A DNA stretch of 64,000 nucleotides from a bacterium (GCA_965209155.1 OZ242383.1:3648001-3712000), one strand, 5' to 3'; counted from the stretch's first letter, positions 1-9,418 are shown. Translations and numbers: made by a program. The notes: generated by a model not told the origin, from the sequence alone.

Positions 1-1101
1 CTCCAGATCATCAGCTTCCTGGTGGTATTTGCTTTCAGCTTTTCTTCATCACCCAACCCACCGGCGTTTGCCCAGCAAAGGGATTATTTTCAAACAACCC
101 CCGGGATTCAAAAATTCGCAGTCCTCTTGGGAGGCGCAGCTTCCGAGGAAAAATATGAAACGCAGTTCCGGCATTGGATTTTGAAACTGTATGATATCCT
201 GCATATGGAATATCGTTATCCAGCGGATCACATTTTCACTCACCTCGGAAAGGGAGATCGCAGCGAGCCAAGGATTACAGGTCCTTGTCGTAAAGAATCG
301 ATCCGGGGGACTTTGCGGAAACTGGAAAACCAGGTTCAAACCGGGGACCAGGTTCTTATCGTGATGGTGGGACATGGTACCAGCGACTCGGTTGACAGGA
401 GGGGTACAATAGCCAAATTCAACATTGTTGGCCCCGATTTCAGCGGAAAGGATTTTTCAGAATGGCTGACTGCGTTTTCTCGTCAGGATATAATCGTTGT
501 CAACACCACGAATGGGAGTTATCCCTTCAGTTTGGCGCTCTCTGCCCCGGGTCGGGTCGTTATTTCCGCCACCCGAAGCAGCGCGGAAAAATTCGATACT
601 TTTTTTGCCCGTTTTTTTATTGAAGCACTTGACAATCATGCCGGTGATTACGATAAAAACACCCGTCTTTCTATTTGGGAGGCATTTCAGTATGCCCGTC
701 ACCGGACGCAGAAATGGTACGAGGAACAGGCCAGATTGTCGACGGAACACGCAGTATTGGATGACAATGGAGATGGGCTTTTCAATGCGGATCCGGACCC
801 GACGCAAAACGACGGCCGCCTGGCACAAGTGGCCACCATCGACCTCTTGAGCGCATTGCTCCCCGAAAGACTGGCTGCCAGACTGAGCAACCATGAAGTC
901 GAATCTGCAAAAAAACTGGTGGCGAAAATGCTCGAGTTGGAACGCTCCGTCCTCTTGCTGCGTAACCGTAAATCGGAGATGTTGAAAGAGGAGTACTGGC
1001 AACAACTGGAAATCCTGTTGGTCGATCTCGCCCGCACTACCCGTCAATTCCGCTCATTCACTGCTAAAAAAACAGGGATTGACCACCCTGGTTTGTTTTG
1101 A
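1..1101 (+). CDS. Secreted caspase/peptidase C13-like fold protein (5' end runs off the window)
   Basis: Frame open from base 1; MVGHG motif, 'RVVISATRS', D-x-D-x-N motifs and C-terminal coiled coil; no obvious catalytic Cys (NTTNGS). Confidence 0.6.
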   Translation, partial: LQIISFLVVFAFSFSSSPNPPAFAQQRDYFQTTPGIQKFAVLLGGAASEEKYETQFRHWILKLYDILHMEYRYPADHIFTHLGKGDRSEPRITGPCRKESIRGTLRKLENQVQTGDQVLIVMVGHGTSDSVDRRGTIAKFNIVGPDFSGKDFSEWLTAFSRQDIIVVNTTNGSYPFSLALSAPGRVVISATRSSAEKFDTFFARFFIEALDNHAGDYDKNTRLSIWEAFQYARHRTQKWYEEQARLSTEHAVLDDNGDGLFNADPDPTQNDGRLAQVATIDLLSALLPERLAARLSNHEVESAKKLVAKMLELERSVLLLRNRKSEMLKEEYWQQLEILLVDLARTTRQFRSFTAKKTGIDHPGLF

Positions 1102-1168
1102 TGATCAAAACCATTCTACTCATCTGATCAAGCAATAATTTCCACTCAAAATAACCAATACCGCAATT

Positions 1169-1293
1169 ACCTTTGCCCCTCTGCGCCTTAGCGCCAGTTA
1201 TCGGCTGTCAGTTGTCGGTTATCAGTTCCTTCACAAGTCTCCTTTGTGCCTTTGTGCCTTTGTGCCTTTCTACATTATTTGTTCACGAATCTT
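1169..1293. repeat. Intergenic repeat block with GTTATC(G/A) heptamer-like and CTTTGTGC octamer units; paralog of 2931-3075
   Basis: Shares gcgccagttatcgg, ggttatcagttccttcac, gtctcctttgtgc, (ctttgtgc)n, ttctacatt and ttgttcacgaatc with 2931-3075. Confidence 0.85.
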
Positions 1294-2663
1294 CAGTTCT
1301 TAAGTTGCAATCCCAACACGCGCAGATGAAGCAGTCCTTCTTGCAACTGCAGCAGACTGTTCTTTTTTGGACTGCCATTCAAAGCGACCGTTGCATGGGG
1401 TTGTTCTGCCAGGATGCTGGAGACCAAAGCGGTCAATACGCTTTTGGGACCAAATTCGATATAAATTCGACCGCCATCCTGGTAGGTATTTTCAATCTCG
1501 GTTTTGAACAATACCGGTTTGAGGACGTGCTCTTCTAAAATAGACCGGATTGATTGTGGATCCTTTGGATAGAGGGATCCGGAGGTATTGGAGTAGATGG
1601 GGATTTCAGGCGAACGAAACTGAACTTCACGCAAGGCTGCGGCAAAGGGTTTGCGGGCATGTTCCATCAGGGAAGTGTGGAATGCCGCAGATACGGGAAG
1701 CAGGACCACCGTGTATCCTTTTTCCTTCAATAAGTCGTTGGTTTGCAAAATGGCTTTTTTTGGACCGGCCAATACCGATTGTTTGTCCGAGTTCAAATTG
1801 GCAACCGTGATTTCAGTTTTAAGGGTCTGCGACAAAAGCCTGGCTTCTTCTTCAACCAGGAGCGCTTCGGCCTTGACCGCCAACATTCCGCCTCGCTCGA
1901 TTTGAGCAGCGCCACCGGGTTGGTTTTTTGGCGCAGCCATGGCTTTCCCCCTGGCTTTTGCCAGGAAAAAATAGTCGGAATCACTGAAAACGCCTCCCGC
2001 CCACAATGCGGTTACTTCTCCAAAACTATGCCCCACAGTAGCATCTACTTTCAATCCGGCCGATTGTAAGATTTTATACAAGCCCGCACTGGTCGTTCCA
2101 ATGGCCGGTTGCGCATGTTCTGTCAGCGTGAGCCGGGTTTCTTGCTCCTTTTTTTCGGCTTCGTCGGCTGTGGGAGGTGGAAAAACGATCGAGGAAAGCG
2201 CTCGCCCTCCCTCTTTCTCGAACAAGGCGTCCATAGCTGCAAAACATGCCGCCATGGATGGATGCGAGGCGTGAAGTTCTTCGAGCATTCGCAGGTACTG
2301 AGAACCTTGACCGGAAAACAATGCCACCACCTTAGCCTGGGAAGGCATGGCTTCCCGACGATAATGAATGCCATTGCGCAAGGTCCAAGCGCTTTCCTGC
2401 GCTTTTTTTCGTAATCTCTGCAGGCCAGTTCGCAGGCGTATGGCGGCTTCTTCGGGAGATAGACCGACAAAACCCATTCTGGCAAAATTTTCAGGTATCA
2501 AACCGGTGCTGTTTTCAAGCAATTTTTGATAGTGTTTTTCAGAATCCGCGGACTCGAGTTCGGTGAGCGCCGCTTGACATTGAATTGCCAGCGTATCAGG
2601 AGTGGGAGCAGATAAAACAAGCGGCTGGCAACCTGTTTGAATTTCCGTATCGATCGGGTTCAT
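1293..2663 (-). CDS. Stand-alone acyltransferase (malonyl-CoA:ACP transacylase) resembling the PfaA KS-AT linker plus AT domain
   Basis: ALFSGQGSQY, AQPAIG, GHSFGE and VSAAFH motifs; 456 aa with no KS or ACP domain. Confidence 0.85.
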   Translation of the reverse strand: MNPIDTEIQTGCQPLVLSAPTPDTLAIQCQAALTELESADSEKHYQKLLENSTGLIPENFARMGFVGLSPEEAAIRLRTGLQRLRKKAQESAWTLRNGIHYRREAMPSQAKVVALFSGQGSQYLRMLEELHASHPSMAACFAAMDALFEKEGGRALSSIVFPPPTADEAEKKEQETRLTLTEHAQPAIGTTSAGLYKILQSAGLKVDATVGHSFGEVTALWAGGVFSDSDYFFLAKARGKAMAAPKNQPGGAAQIERGGMLAVKAEALLVEEEARLLSQTLKTEITVANLNSDKQSVLAGPKKAILQTNDLLKEKGYTVVLLPVSAAFHTSLMEHARKPFAAALREVQFRSPEIPIYSNTSGSLYPKDPQSIRSILEEHVLKPVLFKTEIENTYQDGGRIYIEFGPKSVLTALVSSILAEQPHATVALNGSPKKNSLLQLQEGLLHLRVLGLQLKN

Positions 2664-2730
2664 TATTATCTCATGTTAAGTGTATGGAACTTGTAGAAGA
2701 TCGATTTTATTCCTGAAACTCATCAGATCC

Positions 2731-3075
2731 ACGAGAAGGCACAAAGGCACAGAGTTATTTTATTTTTGCTCTACTTTTCTAATGAGTCTCCCGATCATTC
2801 GTTCAATCTCCCTTGTCTTGTCACTTAGTTTATCAAAATCGTGATTGGAAACAAATCTTGGATGGGAAGCAATCTCCAACTGAGTTTGTAGTCCAAATAA
2901 TAAGCCAATCGCGATTTGGACAGTGCAGTCACCTTTGCGCTTTGGCGCCAGTTATCGGTTATCAGTTCCTTCACGAGTCTCCTTTGTGCAGTTGCACCTT
3001 TGTGCCTTTGTGCCTTTATGCTTTTCTACATTGAATCCCAAATGGAGCTCTTATTACAAAACTTGTTCACGAATC
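2731..3075. repeat. Repeat-bounded cassette: aaggcacaaaggcacagag (left) inverted to (ctttgtgc)n (right); right part duplicates 1169-1293
   Basis: Direct reading of the inverted octamer tracts. Confidence 0.75.
2760..2921 (-). pseudogene. C-terminal half of a four helix bundle (23S rRNA IVP/bAvd-like) protein
   Basis: Manual translation QIAIGLLFGLQTQLEIASHPRFVSNHDFDKLSDKTREIERMIGRLIRKVEQK* fits the family pattern IAxGSxxELxTQLxIA...EIxRMLxxLI; no start codon. Confidence 0.75.
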
Positions 3076-3096
3076 ATCAATTATAATTTTCGTTGT

Positions 3097-4173
3097 TCAG
3101 GTTTTATCTGCCAGGAAACGGCTGACGGGTCGCAACGTATCAATATTTTCACAAACAATCCGTAACCCCGAGACGATGGGAACCGCGAGAATCATCCCCA
3201 CCGGTCCCCAAAGCCATCCCCAGAAAATAAGAGAAAGGATCACGACCAGGGGGCTCAACCCGAGCTTTTCTCCCATCACTTTCGGTTCCAGCACATTGCC
3301 GATCGTCACTTGAACGAGAATGAGCAAAAGGAGGATGACGATGGGAATCCAAAGACCATCAAACTGCAAAAACGCAATGACCACTGGAGGCAGGGTCGCA
3401 ATGACCGAGCCGACAGCCGGGATGAAATTCAGTAAAAACGTCAGTATGCCCCAAAAAAGCGCAAAGTCGACGCCAAAGAGCCATAAAACGATGGTGACGG
3501 TGGTACCTGTCGCAAAGGAAAGCAATGTTTTGACTTCCAGGTAGTTGGCGATTTGCTGGTTGATTTGTTTGACAACGCGGGTGACATGCCGTGATTTTTC
3601 CACTTCGAAACTGTTACGGACTCTATTGAAAAACGATTCCCTTTCAAACAGCAAGTAGACCATATAGAGCAAAACCAGGAAGAGGTTTCCAATAAAACCA
3701 CCGAATTTTCCAAAGCTTTTGCCAACGATCTGGGCAACGGCGCCGGGTTGAAAATGCTCCTCCCAGCGAAAATTACGGATAAAGGATTCCACTTCTTCAG
3801 AAGGAAGGGGAAAAACATAGACCATCTGGTCGAGGATTTCCACCACCCGTCGTTCGTATTGGGGGAGATTCTGACCGAGAGATTTGACACTCGAAAAAAC
3901 CAGCAACCCCACCAGGTAGAGCAACAACGCGGTGAAACACAGAATCAAACCAATCCGGGCACTGCGAGGAAGTTTCAGGGCAACCAGAATTTTCTGTAAG
4001 GGTTCTGCCAGGTAGACGAGGAAAAGTGCGATAAAAAAAGGGATCAGGATCGATTGCAGGGCTTTCAGGACCAGACAAATCGTGACCAGCAGCAATCCAC
4101 CTGAAAAAAGCGCGATCCATCGAAGCCAGTTTTCCCGCCGTTGCTCGGATTGTTGAAGAGATAATTCATCCAT
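3097..4173 (-). CDS. AI-2E family transporter
   Basis: Multi-TM; LNFIPAVGS, GNVLEPKVMGEKLGLSP, WGWLWGPVGMILAVP motifs. Confidence 0.92.
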   Translation of the reverse strand: MDELSLQQSEQRRENWLRWIALFSGGLLLVTICLVLKALQSILIPFFIALFLVYLAEPLQKILVALKLPRSARIGLILCFTALLLYLVGLLVFSSVKSLGQNLPQYERRVVEILDQMVYVFPLPSEEVESFIRNFRWEEHFQPGAVAQIVGKSFGKFGGFIGNLFLVLLYMVYLLFERESFFNRVRNSFEVEKSRHVTRVVKQINQQIANYLEVKTLLSFATGTTVTIVLWLFGVDFALFWGILTFLLNFIPAVGSVIATLPPVVIAFLQFDGLWIPIVILLLLILVQVTIGNVLEPKVMGEKLGLSPLVVILSLIFWGWLWGPVGMILAVPIVSGLRIVCENIDTLRPVSRFLADKT

Positions 4174-4502
4174 TTTGAATCTCTACCCTTTTTCGATGTT
4201 GAACGATTGTTTCATCCCCCTGCGCATCGTTTCGTATTCCTTGAACTTGAGCTTTACCGGAATTTAGCAGACACGCAGGCAATTGCCAATCACATATTTC
4301 AATAGTATTTCGATATCGCGCTTGCAACGAAAACCTCGTCAAAGCGACGGATCGTTGAGCCGGGCAGCAAGTCGTATGGAACGCAACCGGAAGCGATTTG
4401 TTCCCGTTAATTCCATTTTTGTCCGTAACATGAAGGGGTTTCGTTTACAGGATTGGATAATAACTTGATTATCATGGGAAGCAATAATAAAAAGGAGTTA
4501 GA

Positions 4503-5846
4503 TTGATCTATGCGGGCGTTCCTCAAGAACAGAATTCTATGCCTTCAGCGACCATTTACGTCCTCGATACCAGCGTTTTGCTCTATGATCCGGAAATCCT
4601 CAACGCCTATCCATGCGCCGAAATAGTAATTCCCATTGACGTGATCGAGGAAATCGACCAGTTCAAAGGAACATTGAGCGAAACCGGTAACAGCGCCCGG
4701 GTCCTTTCTAAGATGCTGGACGTCTATCGCGACCACGGTAATTTTTCCGAAGGCATCCAACTTGCCAACAAAGCACGTTTGCGTATCGACTTTTCCACTC
4801 CACCGGAAGAGAAGAAGGGATTGCTGGATTGGAAAAAATCTTCCAACCGTGTGCTCGGGGTCGCCTTGCAGTTGAAAAAAGCAGGGAGGGAGCCGATTTT
4901 AGTGACGCTCGACGCCCACTTGCGCGTCAAAGGCAATGCCTTTGGAGTCCGGGTGATATCCTACCAGGAAAAGCAGGAAAGTCCGAGCCCGTATGCAGGG
5001 GTTCAGTACCACCTTCTCCCGGCAACGCAATTGGCATTATACCGGCAGCAGGGTACTTTCCGCTTTGACGAAGAATTTGTCCCCCATGAAGGTTTGCTAT
5101 TGATCAATGAGGCGGACACGGATGATTACGAGGTGGCCATTTATGACGATAAAAAACATTGTTTCTACAAAGCGGTCCACAACAAGGGGATTTGGGGGAT
5201 TTTGCCCCGCAATGCAGAACAACAACTTGCTTTGGAGTTGTTGCTCAATCCGGCAATCCCGATCGTGACCCTGGTGGGCAAGGCAGGAACCGGAAAAACA
5301 TTGTTGGCGCTTGCTTCCGGATTGCAAATGATGCTGCTCGAGAATCAATATTCCCGGCTGCTCGTATCCCGCCCCATCTTTCCCATGGGCCGGGATTTGG
5401 GTTATTTGCCGGGTGACGTTCAAGAAAAACTGGCTCCCTGGATACAGCCCATTTTCGATAACCTGGAATTATTGCTGGGAGGGGACTCGAAAAAAACTCC
5501 CCCTGCTTCTAAAGGTCATGAGGAATTGGTCGAACAAGGCTTGCTCATCATCGAACCGCTGACTTATATCCGGGGAAGGAGTATTCCTCATCAATATATG
5601 ATCGTCGATGAAGCGCAAAATCTGACGCCGCACGAGATTAAAACGATCATTACCCGTGTGGGAGAAGGAACAAAAATAATCTTGACCGGCGACCCCGATC
5701 AAATCGATAACCCCTACGTCAACAAAGCCTCCAACGGTTTGAGCTACCTTGTTGAAAAGTTTCGGAAACAGGAAATGGCGGGTCACGTGACACTCAAACG
5801 AGGTGAACGATCCCGCTTGGCGGAATTGGCTGCCAACATCTTATAG
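4503..5846 (+). CDS. PIN-PhoH (PhoH2/YlaK-like) protein
   Basis: N-terminal PIN (YVLDTSVL), Walker A GKAGTGKT, LGYLPG, YIRGRS, DEAQN, GDPDQID; AAGGAG before TTG. Confidence 0.93.
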   Translation: MIYAGVPQEQNSMPSATIYVLDTSVLLYDPEILNAYPCAEIVIPIDVIEEIDQFKGTLSETGNSARVLSKMLDVYRDHGNFSEGIQLANKARLRIDFSTPPEEKKGLLDWKKSSNRVLGVALQLKKAGREPILVTLDAHLRVKGNAFGVRVISYQEKQESPSPYAGVQYHLLPATQLALYRQQGTFRFDEEFVPHEGLLLINEADTDDYEVAIYDDKKHCFYKAVHNKGIWGILPRNAEQQLALELLLNPAIPIVTLVGKAGTGKTLLALASGLQMMLLENQYSRLLVSRPIFPMGRDLGYLPGDVQEKLAPWIQPIFDNLELLLGGDSKKTPPASKGHEELVEQGLLIIEPLTYIRGRSIPHQYMIVDEAQNLTPHEIKTIITRVGEGTKIILTGDPDQIDNPYVNKASNGLSYLVEKFRKQEMAGHVTLKRGERSRLAELAANIL

Positions 5847-5965
5847 TGAAAATCCTTGATTTTTTTTAAAATTGTTGTTTCTTTTCAATAGATTGTGTAT
5901 AAAATGGGGAAGTTGCAATTATTTTCAATCCCCCCTCCGTGGGTCAACTCTTCTTCTCAGTCACT

Positions 5966-6676
5966 ATGAAATTTGGAAAGCCCTTGGTCGAAATCAAAGG
6001 ATTTGGAGGAAAATTAGGACTCCTGATTGATGGAACTGCGTTATTTGATCAGGTGGAGGATGAATTGAAGAAGTTGCTGCGTCGTCCCAATTCGAGACAA
6101 TTTTTAAAGGGGGCGGAAATCTACCTGCATGCCAACGGTCGACGCTTGAACACCAATGAGTTTTACCGCTTGAAGAGAATGTTGAAATATGAGGGCGATC
6201 TCCACTTGATCAGTGAAGCAAACGAAGGGATGAACCAATTTTCACAAGACCTCTCCCACCCGGAGCAGCAGCAGCGGGAAGCGTCTTTCGAACTCTCTTC
6301 CGGATCCTTGTTTCCCGCCAAAGGATACAAAACGACAGAAGCCTTGATAGTTCGTCAAACGCTGCATTCCGGGCAAGCCTTTCGTTCTCAAAAAGGTGTG
6401 ATATTATTGGGAGACATGAATGCTGGCGCCGAGATTGTTTCTGACCATGACGTGGTTATCCTGGGGACGCTCCGGGGCACCGTTCACGCGGGCGCTTCCG
6501 GTAACCGCAACGCCCTCGTATTCGCGCTGCGTATGCAGCCCACTCAATTGCGTATTGCCGAACTGATCACGCAGCCTCCACAAGAAGACAAACGGTCGAC
6601 ACGCTCCGAACCGGAAGTGGCCTTTATCGAAGAAGGTTCCATTATCATTGAAACCTGTCAAAAAATCAGGGTATGA
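5966..6676 (+). CDS. minC: Septum site-determining protein MinC
   Basis: TLHSGQ, GDMNAGAEI, GTLRGTVHAGASG, PTQLRIA; upstream of minD/minE; start uncertain (5939 or 5966). Confidence 0.92.
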   Translation: MKFGKPLVEIKGFGGKLGLLIDGTALFDQVEDELKKLLRRPNSRQFLKGAEIYLHANGRRLNTNEFYRLKRMLKYEGDLHLISEANEGMNQFSQDLSHPEQQQREASFELSSGSLFPAKGYKTTEALIVRQTLHSGQAFRSQKGVILLGDMNAGAEIVSDHDVVILGTLRGTVHAGASGNRNALVFALRMQPTQLRIAELITQPPQEDKRSTRSEPEVAFIEEGSIIIETCQKIRV

Positions 6677-6727
6677 TCGATTTTTTTTGTTTTTGATCGA
6701 ATCAATCGGTTTATAGTATGAATGTAG

Positions 6728-7294
6728 TAATTAATCTCATTAAACCACCAGCTCTGCTGGTGCGAACCTAATAGGCTTTGCCGGTCAGACATGAGAAACG
6801 TAACCGTGTCCGTGAGCCGTGCTCGTGCTCGTGAACGGTCAGTGAATTCGACGGCACATTTTGGTTAACATAGAAACAATGCGATGAAGTAACTGTTTCC
6901 CTTCGTCAAATAAAGGAGGCTGGATGATCTTCAACACGTTTAAAACATCGAGAATAGCAGCGCATTCCATTGCGGAACCTCGGGCAAATGCATAGAATCG
7001 TTGCTTGTCAGGAAAGGAATTTTTTCCACAGCCTTCTGCGATATTGAGAGGAATCGACCATGAGGCCCTTTTCAGTTGGTCAACTAAGGCTGAGTATTCT
7101 TTTGGCAATGTTTCGATGACTTGGACAGATAACGCTAAAAATTCGATGGAACATTGGTATACATCGAGTTTTTCATGATCTAACGTGGCAGCCTTTTTCG
7201 TTCACGAGCACGAGCACGTCTTACGATGACGAACACGTTTTGCCCTCATACTGGGGGCCTCTTCAAGCCACCGGCTCTGCCGGTGGTGATGACT
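6728..7294. mobile_element. 567-bp non-autonomous element with IS200/IS605-type hairpin ends carrying a four helix bundle gene (copy 1)
   Basis: Colinear with 16949-17515 (7 substitutions counted, no indels); left hairpin CACCAGC-TCT-GCTGGTG, right hairpin CCACCGGC-TCT-GCCGGTGG then TGATGACT; no target duplication. Confidence 0.85.
6839..7186 (-). CDS. Four helix bundle protein (23S rRNA IVP/bAvd-like); start codon is ACG instead of ATG
   Basis: DQLKRASWSIPLNIAEG and ARGSAMEC motifs; same 348-bp length as 17060-17407. Confidence 0.85.
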   Translation of the reverse strand, partial: TLDHEKLDVYQCSIEFLALSVQVIETLPKEYSALVDQLKRASWSIPLNIAEGCGKNSFPDKQRFYAFARGSAMECAAILDVLNVLKIIQPPLFDEGKQLLHRIVSMLTKMCRRIH

Positions 7295-7374
7295 CAATAA
7301 AACGCAAGAAGGCGTCTGAATCCCGGGCAATCGTGTCTGCCTGTGGAAACGTCAGGAAAATCAGGGATGATATT

Positions 7375-8157
7375 ATGGGAGAATCAATCGTCATTACCTC
7401 AGGCAAGGGAGGAGTTGGCAAAACCACGAGCACGGCAAACCTCAGTACCGCATTAGCAGATTCTGGCAAAAAAGTAGTGGCTGTGGATGGAGATATTGGC
7501 TTGCGGAACTTGGATTTCATCATGGGTTTGGAAAACCGGATTGTTTACAATCTGGTCGACGTGGTAAAAAAACGCTGCAAACTCAAACAGGCTCTCATCC
7601 GGGATAAAAGAAACCATCAACTTTTCCTCATGCCCGCCTCTCAAGTCGATGATAAATCGGCAGTTTCCCCCGAAGAGATGAAAAATCTGTGTGAGGAACT
7701 CAAGGAAGAGTTCGATTTTGTGCTGATCGATTGCCCAGCCGGGATTGAGCAGGGATTCAAAAATGCCCTGGCAGGCGCGGATCATGCCATTGTGGTGACG
7801 ACGCCGGAGGTTTCTCCGGTGCGTGACGCCGACCGGGTTATCGGTTTATTGCAAAATCATGACATCCCCGCTTCCTTGCTGATCAATCGACTTTCAGTCA
7901 GTATGGTGGCAAACGGGGAAATGATGAGCAAGGAAGACGTGGTGGATATTCTGGCCATCGACTTGTTGGGCCTGATTGTAGAAGATCCTAAAATCATATC
8001 TTCCGGTGGTCAGGGAATTCCTGCTGTCTTGGATAACAAATCCCCTGCGGGACGGGCTTTTTACAGAATTGCCCAGCGATTGCTTGGAGAAAGCGTGGAA
8101 ATTCCTGAAGTTGAAGAGAAAAAAGGCTTGATCGCCAGGATTTTTGGAAGGGGATAA
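7375..8157 (+). CDS. minD: Septum site-determining ATPase MinD
   Basis: TSGKGGVGKTT, DIGLRNLD, DCPAGIEQGF, RDADRVIGLL, C-terminal amphipathic GLIARIFG. Confidence 0.97.
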   Translation: MGESIVITSGKGGVGKTTSTANLSTALADSGKKVVAVDGDIGLRNLDFIMGLENRIVYNLVDVVKKRCKLKQALIRDKRNHQLFLMPASQVDDKSAVSPEEMKNLCEELKEEFDFVLIDCPAGIEQGFKNALAGADHAIVVTTPEVSPVRDADRVIGLLQNHDIPASLLINRLSVSMVANGEMMSKEDVVDILAIDLLGLIVEDPKIISSGGQGIPAVLDNKSPAGRAFYRIAQRLLGESVEIPEVEEKKGLIARIFGRG

Positions 8158-8159
8158 TT

Positions 8160-8426
8160 ATGTTTACGAAGCTGAAAAGGATGTTCACCCAGGGCAATGG
8201 AAAAAGCGCGCGAATTGCCAAAAACCGCCTGCAATTGGTATTGACCCGGGAACGAACCGGTCTTTCGGAGAATGATCTCAATAAACTGAAAGGGGATCTC
8301 TATCGCGTCATCTCTCGATATTTCACGATTGATCGTACGAATTTAGAGATAGAAATCCTTTACAACAAAAATGGGCAATCGGCACTGAAAGTCAATACGC
8401 CTGTCGTCCCCAACCGCTCTTCCTGA
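8160..8426 (+). CDS. minE: Cell division topological specificity factor MinE
   Basis: SARIAKNRLQLVL, VISRY, LKVNTPV; follows minD. Confidence 0.93.
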   Translation: MFTKLKRMFTQGNGKSARIAKNRLQLVLTRERTGLSENDLNKLKGDLYRVISRYFTIDRTNLEIEILYNKNGQSALKVNTPVVPNRSS

Positions 8427-8525
8427 CTACTGGGTTCGGTACTGCCCTTCACGAGGGTGATAAATCCAATGGTACCGTAGGGCCAAGTGAGTGCATGTTT
8501 TTATCCTTCCGGGTATTCGAAGCAT

Positions 8526-8546
8526 TGTCATTCCGGGCTCAGACCC
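8526..8546. repeat. Partial GTCATTCC-type REP-like palindrome
   Basis: tgtcattccgggctcagaccc vs tgtcattccgggcgcagaccc at 35437. Confidence 0.55.
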
Positions 8547-8625
8547 CCATTCGAATCTCTTCCCGGAGTGTCGGATCTCTATTTTCGTCGAGGGATCCGA
8601 CCTTGGATCGCACCCTCCAAGGATT

Positions 8626-9399
8626 TCAAATTCCTTCTTTGATCAAAAGGAATCCCCGGTTTTCCACAGTGTCGAAGGTCTGCATGGCACTGATCAAATC
8701 ATCGGATTTAACCCATACCCAGGGAGCCCTGTTGGGGTTCACGTCCATAATCAAGAATGAATCACTTTCCTTATCGTAAGCTCCGAGTGGTGAAATGTGA
8801 CCGCCCCCTGTTTGTCCGAGAGATTTTCTGGCATAGTTGACCAAAACGTAATCATCTCGGGTGGCCATGTTTTGAATGATTTCATTTTTAATCCTATCCA
8901 CGTCCGCATTATCGTCAACTACACGCAATGTGACTTCCAGTAAATGAGAACGTAAAACCCGGGCCAGTTGTCTTAACTGCAATCCATAGTCACTTTTTAA
9001 ATCTCCTTCAATATCGATAGGTTTTCCCAAGACCTCCACCCTGGTTTTGGTTTGATCACTGAGAACGTTGTTGGATGTATATTTACCAAAAAAGGGATTG
9101 AATCCCTTGGGGAGCCAGAATAATTCATTTTTAGCGATTGATTGATTGTCTTCTGGAAGATTGTCTTTTTTTCCGAGTCTCAATGCGTTCAAGACCATGG
9201 CAGAAGATGCCAGACCACAGAAAATTTTATTGTTCTGACTGACAAAATGATTACTCAACTGGAAAAAATCTTTTTTATGAGTTGACCGTGAAAGTCGATT
9301 CAGGCTTTCTTCGGAATCCCATAATACGAGAGACGCAGTTTTGGAATATACCGGGTGAATGAAAACGAATAAAATTATGATAAGAAAAATATTTTTCAT
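8626..9399 (-). CDS. Phytochelatin synthase family protein (bacterial short form, with signal peptide)
   Basis: Q..FCGLAS (Cys), GGHISPLGAYD (His), LIMDV (Asp), WVWV, RGFLL. Confidence 0.92.
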   Translation of the reverse strand: MKNIFLIIILFVFIHPVYSKTASLVLWDSEESLNRLSRSTHKKDFFQLSNHFVSQNNKIFCGLASSAMVLNALRLGKKDNLPEDNQSIAKNELFWLPKGFNPFFGKYTSNNVLSDQTKTRVEVLGKPIDIEGDLKSDYGLQLRQLARVLRSHLLEVTLRVVDDNADVDRIKNEIIQNMATRDDYVLVNYARKSLGQTGGGHISPLGAYDKESDSFLIMDVNPNRAPWVWVKSDDLISAMQTFDTVENRGFLLIKEGI

Positions 9400-9418
9400 T
9401 TTGTTTCCTTTGTAAGGC

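Noticed and set aside
6728..7294. 23S rRNA with intervening sequence
   Set aside because: No rRNA sequence flanks either copy; the contexts are minC-minD and a MITE
7240..7374. N-terminal extension of MinD in the ORF track
   Set aside because: Begins inside the inserted element; MinD homology starts at ATG 7375
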